Assembly (NCBI RefSeq): GCF_964194155.1
Contig: NC_135890.1
Coordinates: 17,856,001 to 17,920,000 of the forward strand
Reading direction: 5' to 3'
Source of the DNA: Cetorhinus maximus
Taxonomy: Eukaryota
DNA: 64,000 bases
The notes beneath the pieces were generated by a model that ran no database searches, was not told the DNA's origin, and saw only the letters and a list, made by a program, of their open reading frames with translations. The translations under genes were made by a program, and so were the position numbers. Shown here one piece after another: positions 39,933 through 61,892 of the stretch (position 1 is the stretch's first letter; each line of letters opens with the position of its first letter).

Positions 39933-40033
39933 CTGGAGGGATAAGACCGCTGCGGGTGTACGGAAAAAGCGGGGGGGGGTGGGGGGGAGGGGGAGAGAGG
40001 AGGCGCCGATCTCGGCACCTGCTGACCGCTCAC
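39933..40033 (-). other. Probable 101-nt 5' UTR intron of cax
   Basis: Donor CGA|GTGAGC at 40033, very pyrimidine-rich interior, acceptor ccctccag|TC immediately before the ATG. Confidence 0.55.
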
Positions 40034-40085
40034 TCGGCTCCTCTCTTATCGCCGCTGCGCATGAGCCGCCTTACCCCTCCGCAAA

Positions 40086-40105
40086 GCCTTCTGGGAGTTG
40101 TAGTT
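40086..40105 (-). promoter_or_regulatory. ZNF143/Staf site with ACTACA extension
   Basis: Minus strand AACTACAACTCCCAGAAGGC matches ACTACAnnTCCCAGnATGC; a weaker opposite copy GACTACAAAGCCCCAGC lies at 40144-40160 (+). Confidence 0.75.
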
Positions 40106-40444
40106 CTCCGCTCACTTCCACCTGTTTCAGAGGGACTCAGGGAGACTACAAAGCCCCAGCCCGGATATTTCCGCGGTTGTTGTCGCTTTGCTGACAACTT
40201 GGGGATTTTTTTTTTTTGATTTTTTTTTTTTTTGCGTTCCTCAGAATGGTCAAAACACCCTGAAAAGCAAAAAGAAGTCATTTTTTTCTTGGCTGCCATC
40301 AGTAAAAAGTTGGGAAAGCTGAAAATCTGAAATTAAAACAGGCAAGGTACACCAGCATCAGACTGGGAAGGATGTGTTTTCTTGCCGTAGGGTAAAGGAG
40401 TCTAATAAGCATTCTTTATTTTAATACATGCAAGCAGAAAAGAA

Positions 40445-43400
40445 TAATTTTTTGCAAAAATATGTTTTATTCATAAAATACCTAAAAGAACATTACAAAA
40501 CATTTCAAAATGGTCATTACAGAGAGTGCAATAATATTCAAATTTTCTACATAGATCATGTTGCACTCTGAAGTGCTTCAATGCAATTTTGATACATGTA
40601 ATATTTACAGTATACAATTTCCAGGCCCTCGGTGCACTATGGGTGAAAGGCCTTCGACAGTGACCTTTCCCCATATTGCACCTCTGCAGCAGCTACCCCA
40701 AGCTTTAGTGCATCCCTCAGTGCACAGTCCTGGACTTTGGAATGTGTCAGTCTGCAATACTCGGTCAAGGACAACTCGTTGCATAGGAAGACCAACAAGT
40801 TTTGGGAAGACCAAAGAGCATCTTTCACCGAAGTTGATGATCCTCCAGCTGCAGTTGATGTTTGCAGTGTGCGTACCTGGGAAACAGCCCATAGAGCACC
40901 GTCCTGCGTCATGGGAGGTGCTCGGGATGGACCTTGCCAAAAACCACTGCATCTCTCTCCAGACCTTCTTTGCAAAGGCACATTGCTCAAGGAAGTGAAC
41001 AACGGTTTCTTCCCCACTACAGCTACCTCGAGGGCAACATGCAGAGGGGGTGAGACTCCAGGCATGTAGGAAAGATCTGAGGTTTGTACATGGTGTCCCT
41101 GTGAACACGCTCCATTTTTTCCCTCCGCATAAAGCGGTAGATGGCTCGGGTGATCACCACAGCACAGAAGTGAGGAATGGGCCAGACCTGCACCACGTAC
41201 ATCAGCACTGAGAGTGCCTCACACCTGCTGACCAGGTTCTTACCCACAATGAAGAGGGAGCATCATTCCCACATTCCCAGTTCTTGTTTGACCATAGATA
41301 CTCGCTCCTTCCAGTTTCTAGTGCTTGCCCTGGTTCCTCTGAACCATATCCCCAGCACCTTCAGGCAGTCTGACCTGACGGTGAGGGGGCATAGGATCAG
41401 CCAACCTAGTTCCTAAAGAACAGGGTCTCGCTCTTGCCACGATTTACCTTGGCTCCTGAGACTAGTTCAAACTGGTTGCAAATGTTCATCAGTCCACCCA
41501 TTGACAGTGGATCCGGCGACTTCGTCCACGTACAGGGAGGCTTTGACCTGAGTGCCTCCACTGCCTGGGATCGTCACTCCTCTTATGCGTGAATCCTTCC
41601 TGATGGACTCAGTATTGGGTTCTATACAACACATGAACAGGACAGGGGAGAGAGGGCAGCCCTGCCTGACTCCAGATTTAATTGGAAAGCTTTCTGATTG
41701 AAACTGTGTTACTGATGTTTGTGTAGAGCAGTTGGACCAAATTGCAGATTCCCTCCCCAAACCCCATCTTGGAGATCATGTAGGTGTGTGCTACCCTGTC
41801 AAAGGCCTTCTCTTGGTCCAGGCTGTTGAGGCAGGTGTCCACACCCTTATCCCATACAATCGTATTCCTGGTTAGCGTGAGGCTATCAGATTTTCCTGCC
41901 AGGTACAGCACAAGTCTGGTCAGGGTGGATCACCAACTCCAGAGCAGACTTGACCCGATTGGCGATGGCTTTGGACTGAATGTTATAGTCCACATTCAAT
42001 GGTGAAATGGGTCGCCCATTTTTAATTTCCTACCTTTCCCTCTTCCACCTGTAGAATGATGCTTTTGCTCCTGGATTCTGACATGCAGCCAGCCAGAAGC
42101 ATACTCTTGTACACTTCCAGTAGGTCTGGGCTGATGCAGTCCCACAGAGACGAATACAACTCAGCCAGTAAGCCATCGCTTCCAGCAGTTTTACTGTTCT
42201 CAAAGGATTCAAAGGCCTTAGTCAGCTCATCCAGAGTTAGTGGTTTGTCCAGACTCTCCTGTATACTGTCATCCAAGACCTCCGTGATAGAGGACAGGAA
42301 GGACTGGGAGGCTGTGCTGTCTTTGGGCTTCATATCATATAATCTGGCAGAAAAGGATTTTCTGATCCTCAAAATGTCAGGCTGAGCTGTTTTCTTCCTT
42401 CAGGCTGCTGATCACAGAGCTCTCTGTGTGTACCTTTTGGAAGAAGAAAGTGAGCACATCTCATCCTGCTCCACAGAGTGGACTCTGGAACGGAAGATGA
42501 TCTTGGAGACCTCTGAGGCAAAGAGCGAGACTTGCTGACCCTTCAACTCTTGGAGGTCCTCCTTGATTAGACCTCCATCAACTGCAGCCGGAGCAGACTC
42601 TGCATGCTTTTCTGGAGTCCGGACATTTCCCTCTGTTCCTTTCTAGCCTTCTGAACACCTTTTAAGGATGAAAAACCTCTTGATGTTCTCCTTGATCGCT
42701 TCCCACCAGTGTGTCAGGGATTCAATGAGGGGTTTCACAGTTCTTCAACTTTTGTAATCCCTTTTGAATTCCTCAATGCTTTCTGGGGTCAACAGTTTCA
42801 CTTTCAGCTTCCATGTTCCCCTGCCAACCCTCTGGTCTTCCTGTAAGTGACAGTCAGCCAGTAGGAGGCAGTGGTCAGAGAACACAGGCTTGACATTGGT
42901 GGATCTGACTGTGAACGCTTGGGATACAAACAGGAAATCTATCCTGGAACAAACGGACCTGTCTGGCTGCGACCAGGTGTAACTACGCAGTGTTCCATCT
43001 GCAGGGTTGCTGAAGACGTTGTGCAGCTTGGCATCTTTCAGTGTTTCCATCAGGAGTCTGCACGTGGCGTCCAGTCTGCTGTTGGTTCTGCCGGATCATC
43101 CAGCTGCATTGATGATGCAGTTGAGGTTACCGCCCAGAATGACCGGCCTGGAAGTCGCCAGCAGCAGTGGGAGCTGCTGAAGGACTGCCAGCCGCTCGCT
43201 GTTTTGAGCCTGGACATACACATTAATTAACCGGAGCAGAGCATTTTTGCAAATCTGCTACGAGGGGGCACCCACCCACCGCCTCCTCAACTTCAGAGAT
43301 GGTGAAGTTGCCTCTCCCCAGCAGAATAATCAGGCCGGAGGAACGTGAGTCATTTCCTCACAACCAGATTGACGGCCATTGCCTGTCAGAGCTGAGGTGC

Positions 43401-43820
43401 GGTATCGCACACTCGTGCAGAAACAGGTCAGCTTTGACCTTGGCAAGGTAATCCAAGGTTGCAACACATCACGTAGTAGATGTAATGCTACATACGTTAA
43501 TGGACACAATCTTTATCCCCATTTTAAAGCATTTTGTTGCTTACCAGACCTGCTGTCTTTGACAGTTCCAGTCCTTTGGCCTGCTCCTGTATGTCCATAG
43601 TGTTTGGAAATTGTCTCGCTTGTGATGGGCTGAGGAAATTATCCCGAACGCCCCATTGAAAATATTCCACCTGGGTGACATCGAAAGATTCGTGCAAGGA
43701 GCGAGGTTTGGATTGTTCTCTGTTGGAGAAGCCTCTTCCACCCATTTCCCTTCAGGGTCGTTGCTGCTCTCAGCTTCCCGGAGCTGGGGTGCATTGGCCT
43801 CAACATTGTCTCCAGTCTTT
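40445..43820 (-). mobile_element. Decayed Tx1/L1-clade LINE (endonuclease, RT, C-terminal Zn finger)
   Basis: SRIDFLFVS and FSDHCLL (endonuclease); SLDQEKAFDRVAH and GVRQGCPLSPVLF (RT); CPRGSCSGEETVVHFLEQC; AATAAA plus A-rich end near 40450-40470; many frameshifts. Confidence 0.9.
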
Positions 43821-43842
43821 ACACACACACAAAACCAGACTC

Positions 43843-44015
43843 TTAGACCAGCATTTCCCAGTCAGCGAGCGGGGAGCGGGGCCTGCTCGCTGACACATAA
43901 AATTACGCGGGATGACATCAGGCGGAACTCCCGAAGTCACCCCCACCTCATTTCAATTTTCAGGTTGGCGGGGGCTCAGCTGAATTAGCTGTGTGCCCAC
44001 CAACCAGTCAATGGC
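43843..44015. mobile_element. Probable non-autonomous DNA transposon fragment
   Basis: GC/CpG-rich segment between Tx1 and CR1 resembling ends of Harbinger-type MITEs; only one end visible. Confidence 0.35.
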
Positions 44016-44017
44016 CT

Positions 44018-47000
44018 GCTGCCTGGCACTCAGCCAATTCTGGATCCAATTTGCCAAATTGCCTTGGATCCCATGGGCTCTTACCTTTGTTATCATCTCC
44101 CATGCAGGACCTTATCAAAAGCCTTGCTGAAGACTACATCAAATGCATTGCCCTCATCTACACACCTGGTCACCTCTTCGAAAAATTCAATCAAATTGGT
44201 CAGCCATGACCTCCCCTTAACAAAACCATGCTGACTGTCCTTGATTAATCTCTGCCTCTCCAAGTGTAGATTAATTCTGTCCCTCAGAATTGCTTCCAAT
44301 AGTTTCCCCACCACTGAGGGCAGACTGACTGACCTGCAGTTCCCTGGTTTATCCCTTCCTCCCTTCTTGAATAACAGTACCACATTGGCTGTCCTCCAGT
44401 CCTCTGGCACCTCTCCTGTGGCCAGAGAGGTATTAAAAATTATTGTCAATGACCCTGCTATCTCCTCCCTTGCCTCACTCCACAGCCTGGGATACATTTC
44501 ATCCGGGCCTGGAAATTTATCTACTTTTAAGCCTGCCAGACCACTTAGAACCTCCTCCCTTTCTATGCTAATTTCTTTAATTATATCACAGTCCTTCTGC
44601 CTGATTTCCATACCCACATCGTCCCTCTCACTTGTGAACACCGACACAAAGTATTCACTTAGAACCCTACCTACGTCTTCCGTCTCCACACACAAATTAC
44701 CACTATGGTCCTTAATGGGCCCTATTCTTTCCCTAGTTATCCTCTTACTCTTAATGTACTTGTAAAATAACTTTGGATTTTCCTTTATCTTACCTGCCAA
44801 TGTTTTTTCATGCCCCCTTTTTGCTCACCTGATTTCCTTTTTAAGTTCCCCCCTACACAGTCTATACTCCTCTAGGGCTTCCACTGTTTTGAGCCCTTGC
44901 TATCTGCCATAACTCTCCCTTTTTCTCTTTATCCAATACTGTATATCCCTCGACAGCCAGGGTCCCACACTTTGTCTTTACTGAAATATGTTGGCCCTGT
45001 ACGCTCCCTATTTCCTTCTTGAATGGGTCCCACTGCTCTGATGCAGGTTTATCTAAAAGTAGCTGCTTCCAGTCCACTCTAACCAAATTATATCTGATCT
45101 CATTAAAATCGGCCTTCCCCCAATTTAGAACTCTGATTTCTGGCCCATCCTAGTCCTTTTCCATAACAACCTTGAATCTAACAGAGTTATGATCACTATC
45201 TGCAAAATGCTCCCCCATTGATACCTCTACCACTTGCCCGGCTTCATTCCCTAAAATGAATTCCAGGACCGCCCCTTCTCTTATAGGATCTTCTACGTAC
45301 TGGCTTAAAAAGCTCTCCTGGATACATTTTAAGAATTCCACTTCCTCTAAACCTATCACACTGTGACTATCCCAGTTAATGTTGGGAAAGTTGAATACCC
45401 CCACTATTACTACCCTATTATTTTTACACTTCTCTGAAATTTGCCTACATATCTGCTCTTCCATTTTGCTCTGACTGTTTGGGGGTCTATAGTACACTCC
45501 CAGCAATGATTGCTCCTTTTTTGTTTTTCAGTTCTACCCATATGACTTCATTTGAGGAGTCTTCTAAGATGTCATCCCTCCTTACTGCTGTAATTGATAT
45601 TGTGATACCCCCCTCCTCTCTTACCTCCTTCCCGGTCTCTCCTGAAGACGCTATATCCTGGAATATTGAGCTGCCAATCCTGCCCCTCTCTCAACCATGA
45701 CTCTGTGATAGCAATGACATCATACTTCCATGTGTTAATTTGTGCCCTTAACTCATCTGCCTTATTCGTCAGACTCCTTGCATTAAAATAAATACCATCC
45801 AACTTTGCCAAACTCCCTTGTGCCTTAACTGGCCTATAATTTCTACGCCTTCCAGACTCACTTGCTCTCTCTTCTAATATTGCTGTTCATCTCCCCCTGC
45901 TGAACCTCCTCTCAGGATCCCATCCCCCTGCCAAGTTAGTTTAAACCTTCCCAACAGCACTAGCAAACCTCCCCACAAGGATGTTGGTCCCTTTCTAGTT
46001 CAGGTGCAACCCATCCACCTTGTACAGGGCCCACCGCCCCAGAAACGGTCCCAATATCCCAGAAATCTAAAGCCCTCTCTCCTGCACCATCTCTCCAGCC
46101 ACGCATTCATCTGGACTAACCTCCTATTTTTATATTCACTAGCACGTGACACTGCAAGTAATCCAGAGATTACTACCTTTGAAGTGCTGTTTTTTAATCT
46201 GTTTCCTAGCTCCCTAAATTCTGCTTGCAGGACCTCATCCTTCTTTCTACCTATGTCGTTGGTACCAATATGTACCACGACCTCTGTCTGTTTGCCCTCC
46301 CCCTTTAGAATGCCCTGCAGTCCTTCAGTGACATCCTTGACCTTGGCACCAGGGAGGCAACATACCATCCTGGAGTCACGTCTACAGCCGCAGAAATGCC
46401 TGTCTGTTCCCCTTACTATCAAGTCTCCTACCACTATTTCTCTTCCCCTCTTTTTCCTCCCCCTTGTGTAGCTGAGCAACTCAGTGCCATGAGCGTGGTT
46501 GCACTCCCCAGAGGAACCGTCATTATCACTATTTTCCAGAACAGAAAAACGGTTCTCGGGTGAAATGCATCCTGGGGATTTCCTGACTACCTGCCTGACA
46601 CCTTTCTTCTGACTGATGTTCAACCATTCCCTCTCTGTCTGCACTTCCGTAAGCTGTGGGGTGACCATGTCTAAAAACGTGTTATCTACGAAACTCTCAG
46701 CCTCACGGATGCACCCCAGTGCCTCCAGCTGCCGCTCAAGCTCCGAAACTCAGAGCTCAAGTAGCTGCAGCTGGTGGCACTTCCTGCACACGTGGTCGGC
46801 CAGAGCGCAAGGAGCATCTAGGACTTCCCACATGTTGCACGCAGTACATAACATGGGACTGAGCTGCCCTGCCATGCCTCTAGTTGAAAAAAAACCCCTT
46901 ACTTTAAGTTGAATACAGTAAAAAAAAGTTAAATTATTTATATACTTTAAAAACTAGAACCTTCACCTTTCCTTAGCTTAACCTATTTCAAACTGGAGAA

Positions 47001-47110
47001 AAACACTTACCCACTACTCACCAATCAGCTCTCACCCTTGTGCTGACGTCACTTTTTGAAGCTTCCCCACACTCACGCTGGTTCTGATCTCTCCACCGCT
47101 CTCTCGCGTT
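44018..47110 (-). mobile_element. CR1 LINE with 5' UTR, ORF1 (Zn finger plus SGNH esterase) and 3'-truncated ORF2
   Basis: IVVGDLIVR...CCLPGAKVKDV...VVVHIGTNDIG; AITESWL, GVYYRPP, DSDHN; PEDWRTANVV, SQHGFVKGRSWLTNL, KAFDKV, then an abrupt end. Confidence 0.93.
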
Positions 47111-47127
47111 GTCTTATGATGTCACTC

Positions 47128-47640
47128 TTTATTTTTGGAAGAATATACTTTATTCATAAAATATCTGAAAGAACATTACAAAACATTTCTAAATGGCCAT
47201 CACAAATAGTACAATCAAATTCAACTTTTCCTCATGGATCACGAGGTGCTTCAATACAATCAATAAATATTACAGTCATTTCAATATGGTCATTACAGTC
47301 ACACTGCAATGGTATTGGAGTTATCGACATACATCATGTTGCACTCTGAGGTGCTTCAATACAATTATAATACATTTAGTATTCACTACATACCATCTTT
47401 GTGAGTCATACAGCCCAAGGGGTCTATGCAATTCCCAGCCCCTTGCTGCACTTTGGCAGAAACGTCTTAGACAGCGATCTTTTCCCATTGCACCTTTGAG
47501 GCAGCTGCCCCAAGCTTTAGTGCGTCCCTCAGCACGTAGTCCTGAAACTTGGAATGTGCCAGTCTGCAACACTCGGTCGGGGACAACTCTTTGCATTAGA
47601 AGACCAACAAATTTCGGGCAGACCAAAGAGCGTCTTTCAC
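47128..47640 (-). mobile_element. Second Tx1-family 3' fragment
   Basis: Clearly similar to 40445-40830, with AATAAA and an A-rich end. Confidence 0.85.
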
Positions 47641-47642
47641 TC

Positions 47643-47722
47643 TTCCCAGACTGCTTCACCGCAATGCTGACTGTAGGACACTTTTCCCAGACTGCTTCAC
47701 CGCAATGCTGACTGTAGGACAC
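47643..47722. repeat. Tandem duplication of about 41 bp
   Basis: TTCCCAGACTGCTTCACCGCAATGCTGACTGTAGGACACT occurs twice. Confidence 0.9.
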
Positions 47723-48199
47723 TCTTCCCCTTGGTTCTGTTGCTGGCACTCCCATCTCCCAGTCAGTAGCTCATGGCTTCAAACCCTACTACAGACTGGA
47801 GGGTGTAATGTAAGCTGATACTTTGGTACAGTATTGAGATAGTGCTAAAGAGGTATTGCTTTTCAGTTAAGATATTGAGCATCTGCTTGCTCAGATGTAT
47901 AAGGTTCCCTGAAAGCAAAGGAAATTTTATTTTACATCCTTCCCTATATTCCTCCCCTAACCCACACCAAGAACAAACTAATGGCTGATATGTTAGACCA
48001 TGCTGTGTACAAACAGGCTGCCATGTCTACCTACATAATGACAGTAATTGCACCAACAGTAACCAATTGGTTGTAAAATACTTTTCAATGTCCTCAATAG
48101 CAAGCTATATAAATGCAACTTTTTTTAAAAACATGTTTTCGCCATTAAATCATGTGCAGCATTAGTTGAATTAGAATGATTCAAAGCACCAAATTATCT

Positions 48200-49070
48200 A
48201 GACCTGGTACATTCTCTCATCATGCATTGTCCAGAATTCAACTACCCTCCTAAAGAGGATAGTGATAAGCTCCAAGAGGACAGACAAGTGGCAGATGAAA
48301 GTACATGCAGAGAAGTGTGAAGGTACATTTTGATAGGAAGAACATGGAGAGGCAATATTAAATAAAGGGCATAATCTTAAAGGGAGGCACGAGAGCTGAC
48401 AGACCTGGGGATATACGTGCACAAATTATTGAAGGGAGCAGGGCAGGTTGATAGTGGTTAAAAGTCACACAGGATCCTGTGCTTCATAAGGACAGAGTAC
48501 AAAAGCAAGGAACGTAAGATGAACCTTTACAAAACACTAGTTCAGCATCAATTGGAGGATTGTGCCCACTTTAGGAAAGATGTAGCTTAAGAAAGGGTGC
48601 AGAGTGTATTTACAGGAATGTTTTCACGAAACGAGGGACTTCGGTTATGTGGATAGATCGAGAAGCTGGGCTTGTTCTCCTTAAAGAGGTGGAGGACAGA
48701 TTTGATAAGACTATTCAAAATCACGAAGGGTCTAGAAAGATTAAGTAATGAGAAATAGTTCCCATGGACAGAAGGGCAAGAACCAGAGACTACTGATTTA
48801 AAATGATTGGCAAAATAACCTGAGGCTATATGAGGATAAAACATTTTTATTCAGTGAGTTGTTTTAATCAGGAATGCGCTGCTCGAGGGTGGTGGAAGTA
48901 GATTCAATTGTGGCTTTCAAAAGGGAATTGAATAAGCAGCTGAAGGAACAAAAATTTGCAGGCTTACAGGAAGTAATTAGCAGTCAAACTAGCTAAATTG
49001 CTCTTGCAGAGAACTGGCACAGGCTTGACAGGCCAAGCCTCTGCACTGTAACTATTCTGTGATTCTATCC
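48200..49070 (+). mobile_element. Decayed CR1 3' fragment
   Basis: KWQMK, LYKTLV.HQLE, tail CTATTCTGTGATTCTAT. Confidence 0.75.
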
Positions 49071-49216
49071 CTACTATTGAACTCCAGTAGGTGAGAGTTT
49101 ACTAGCCTCAAAGGCACTACTACAACTAACCCAAAGGAAAAATCTTTTTTCTAAATCTCCTGTTCACAATCATTTCCCAGCAACTTTCACAAGAGGATAG
49201 GATCAGGATCTGTGTC

Positions 49217-50117
49217 CAAGTACGTTGATATTCACAGTCAAGTTCACAAATTAACAGCAGCCACATGGGCTAGTTACAGTATAGGTGTTTCACTTCCCAA
49301 GAACTGTACTCCAGCACAGAGTCAACACTTTCGAGAGAAGAATGGAAAACAGAAGAGGAAGAAAACCATTAGCTTACTGCTATCAATGGGCAGCACTGTC
49401 CATCACCCTGGGGAATATTTGATCATTGCAATCTATAGTGATCCTCAGCAGCGACTGAATGTAGCAAGTGTTGATTTTTCACACCACTGTAGAATTGGTT
49501 TCGGGGGTTAGACATACAAATGTTTCGATCTCAAATATTGGACCTATCAAAGGCTAAACAGTATAGAATGGCATCTCAATGGTGTCAAAACATTAAGTAG
49601 AGAAATACTGTGTAAGAAGCTGTGCACTTGTGTCCAGTTAATTGGACCTTTCTCTTGTGCCCAATATAGCTAAAGAGCGAGGTCGGAATATAGTGATTGG
49701 GAATGAGCCAGGGATGAAACTGCAATGACAGGAATTGTTCCAAGATCTATTATTACAGTTTTAGTTCGAGAGCTGGACTTCCCACACTGCCTTTGTCAAT
49801 AATTGGCCAGAATCCTTGGTCAGACTCCATTTCAATGAGTATTCTGTTTCTGGAATGTTGATGTTCTAAATCCAGCACTGCATACCAAACTGGGCGAGAA
49901 ATATCCATTCTTCCTCCCCAGCGGCCCTCCAATAGTTTCTCCCATGTCCGTTTAATGATGTATTATTGATTGCTAGCAAGCAGTTGTTAGCCAATGTTAC
50001 TTTGCCTTATGTTTTTACTCTTCCGTCTAGTGCTGTTCCCTGCCATATGTAGACATATCCCTTTGCTGTGCGCTGTTTAGGGCTGGCTTGAATCGAATGC
50101 TGGATGAGAGGAAACTG
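49217..50117 (-). pseudogene. Possible decayed Ig-superfamily (CEACAM/HEPACAM/CD2-like) exons
   Basis: Exon-like 49886-50117 and about 49217-49543 with acceptors, a phase-1 junction and Ig-like wording; contains stops. Tentative. Confidence 0.3.
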
Positions 50118-51082
50118 CTGAGCACAAAAATGGACAAGGAAACCAAGGGTGTAAATATCTATAAATTATTACAAATCCGTTGGATAGTTACAGGAGAGGT
50201 CATGATAGTCCTCAATCAGACTGCAGAATTTCAAACTGAATCTGCAGTGCCCCACAAATCAAAATAGACCCCACACCTCAGTAAACTGTAACCACCGGCA
50301 TCTCACTTTATAAAAATAGCAGAGGTCTCTTCAAGACAAATGCGTATCAGTATCAAATAAAACATTTTCATGGCCCCAGGCTGAGTTACTTCATAGTTAG
50401 ATGCACAGTAAAGTTGTGTATAGTGCCCCCTCGGGAACTGCATCGATAGAGTTTTACACCTGTTTACCACATTCCTCAGCCCCAATCTCAAAAGTGTGCC
50501 CCCTATCACACCAGAGAGATCTTTTTCCATATTCCACAGCCTCTCTGAATGAGATTATCAAATGCCATTCAATATGCCTGAGGGCATCAACTCCTGCTGA
50601 TACAAGTTCCACAGACATCAGTCACCCTCTAGTACCTTTTTCAAGTGGCCATTCACCCATGGGACTGAGCAGTTACTGTAGTACCCAATCCCGTTCATGC
50701 TCACTCACCTCCACAATGGGACCCCTGGCCGTAACCACATGCTGCCAGTCCAGTAAAAGTCAGCAGAGTCTGGGGCACTGAATGGAGGCAGGGTGCGGGG
50801 GAAGAAACTTCCTAGTCTGTGCAGCTCAGTCATTCAATAAGCTGAGCTATTGAGGGACCCCAGAGAGGACAGCTACAATAAGGTCACAGGTTCCTTCTCC
50901 TGCGCGCATTTAGTTGGTCCTGCTGGAAAATTGGCTGGGTTTGGCCTCTGCTGCACTACCCCATGCAGTCAAATATCCCAACATACACACCTGAAGAAAT
51001 GGTCAGAGGTGAGGTACTGGAGGGCTTCTGGTATTTGGGGAAGTGGAGCTCAGGATGGAGAGGAGGGAAGGGTACAAGATGC

Positions 51083-51088
51083 TTTATT
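51083..51088 (-). terminator. Candidate poly(A) signal of TMEM209
   Basis: AATAAA on the minus strand about 1.3 kb after the stop, followed by a pyrimidine-rich tract; another AATAAA at 51630-51635. Confidence 0.45.
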
Positions 51089-52414
51089 TAAATAGAGCAG
51101 CTCGCTTTAATGTACCCCTTAACTGACTCTCAAAACTATCCTAGTTGTCAATAGCTTGGCGTGTTAAAATACATACAAATCTCTTACAGCAACTGATTGT
51201 TAAGATCTTGGATCACAATCAAAACAATAAACATATTCGAGTCAGCAGAACCTGCTCAGAATAATATTAAGAAGAAATGGTGCATTTGTCACTGAAGGGT
51301 GAGTGATAGTGCTCCAATGTAGCCATACACAGTGGGGTCCAGTACTTCCTAGGCTGGCTTCAGAGAAAAGCTCCCTCCCTGGGGGTCACAGCACTAATAT
51401 CAGCTATGTCTGATGGACCACTCCTTACAAAACCAATTTCCTTGAACTGGGGAGGATAAGCTCTGTGCTATCAGCCCAGGCCCACTGGGAGGCAGACTGA
51501 GGGAGACCATATTAAATTCAATTGAAAGGACTCTCACAGTATGGACTGATCCCAGAGCTAATTATTTGCCATAATCCATCTCCTTCCCCTACCGAGTGAA
51601 AGCCCATCAGCTTTTCATTTTCACCTATTTTTATTCTCAGGCAATTTTTAATGGAGATAGTTGTGTCTTGACAGCCTGTCTAACAGCCCAAATTATTCCT
51701 GCAGTACTTTACAACCAGGCTGCTCAGAGTACCTATAAACTCCAAATAAAAGGCTCATTGACACCACCAATTTAAAAGGGGGCAAAATTAAAGAGATGAC
51801 CAAGAGAGCATAGCTGTAGCATGCCATTATTCCAGCAGTATGAGGCATCAATGAAGTGTCTGTGTCCTCAGAACAGCAGCAGAAAAGAAAACACAAATTC
51901 TGTCACCCCCTCTCACCTTTGGACAATCCCAAAGCAGAAATACCACAATGCTGACAGGAATTAATGCTGGTCTTTCACAGCAAAACCAGCAGCATTTTGC
52001 TGCCTCACACACAATGCAATGAAGATCGTGAAAAGTGTACACACTTTCATTGGAGAGTATAAAAGAAGTCCTTCTCTTCAAACATTGAGAGACGGAAAAA
52101 AGTCTTTGTTTTTAAAAAAGAGAAAAATAGGTCTTTCAGTAGTGAAGCAGCTGCACTGCAGCCAGATTCTCAGTCAGCACAGAGTGATGGCAGAGTTACA
52201 GAAAAAAATCACAAGGTTGGCTTTAGAGTTTCTGTTCCAGAGTCCCACACTTCTCAGTCAGCTGGCTGCATGAGAAAGGTCAAGGGAAAAGAATTTGGGG
52301 GAGGGGGGTGGGGGGCAGGGGGAATGAGCTGAGGGGCTAAAATGTGGAATCTGTTCAGTTTCTGCACGAATCAAATACAAATGTTGTGGAGTTACATCTC
52401 CTGGCAATTGTTCC

Positions 52415-61892
<9,478 letters not shown>

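Larger units (their letters stand above)
39850..40200. promoter_or_regulatory. CpG-island-like promoter of cax
   Basis: CpG-dense unique segment containing the first exon, an NRF1-like TGCGCATG near 40056-40063 and ZNF143 motifs. Confidence 0.8.

Noticed and set aside
39845-40299. Long ORFs across the CpG-rich promoter
   Set aside because: GC-rich promoter DNA lacks stops by composition; only 39867-39930 splices in frame to cax.
46000-46668. Stand-alone SGNH/GDSL esterase gene
   Set aside because: It is CR1 ORF1, collinear with ORF2 remnants, with the GDS motif changed to GDL.
38135-47110. One CR1 element split around the cax promoter
   Set aside because: The pieces are not contiguous in ORF2 and the host promoter lies between them; two independent insertions is simpler.
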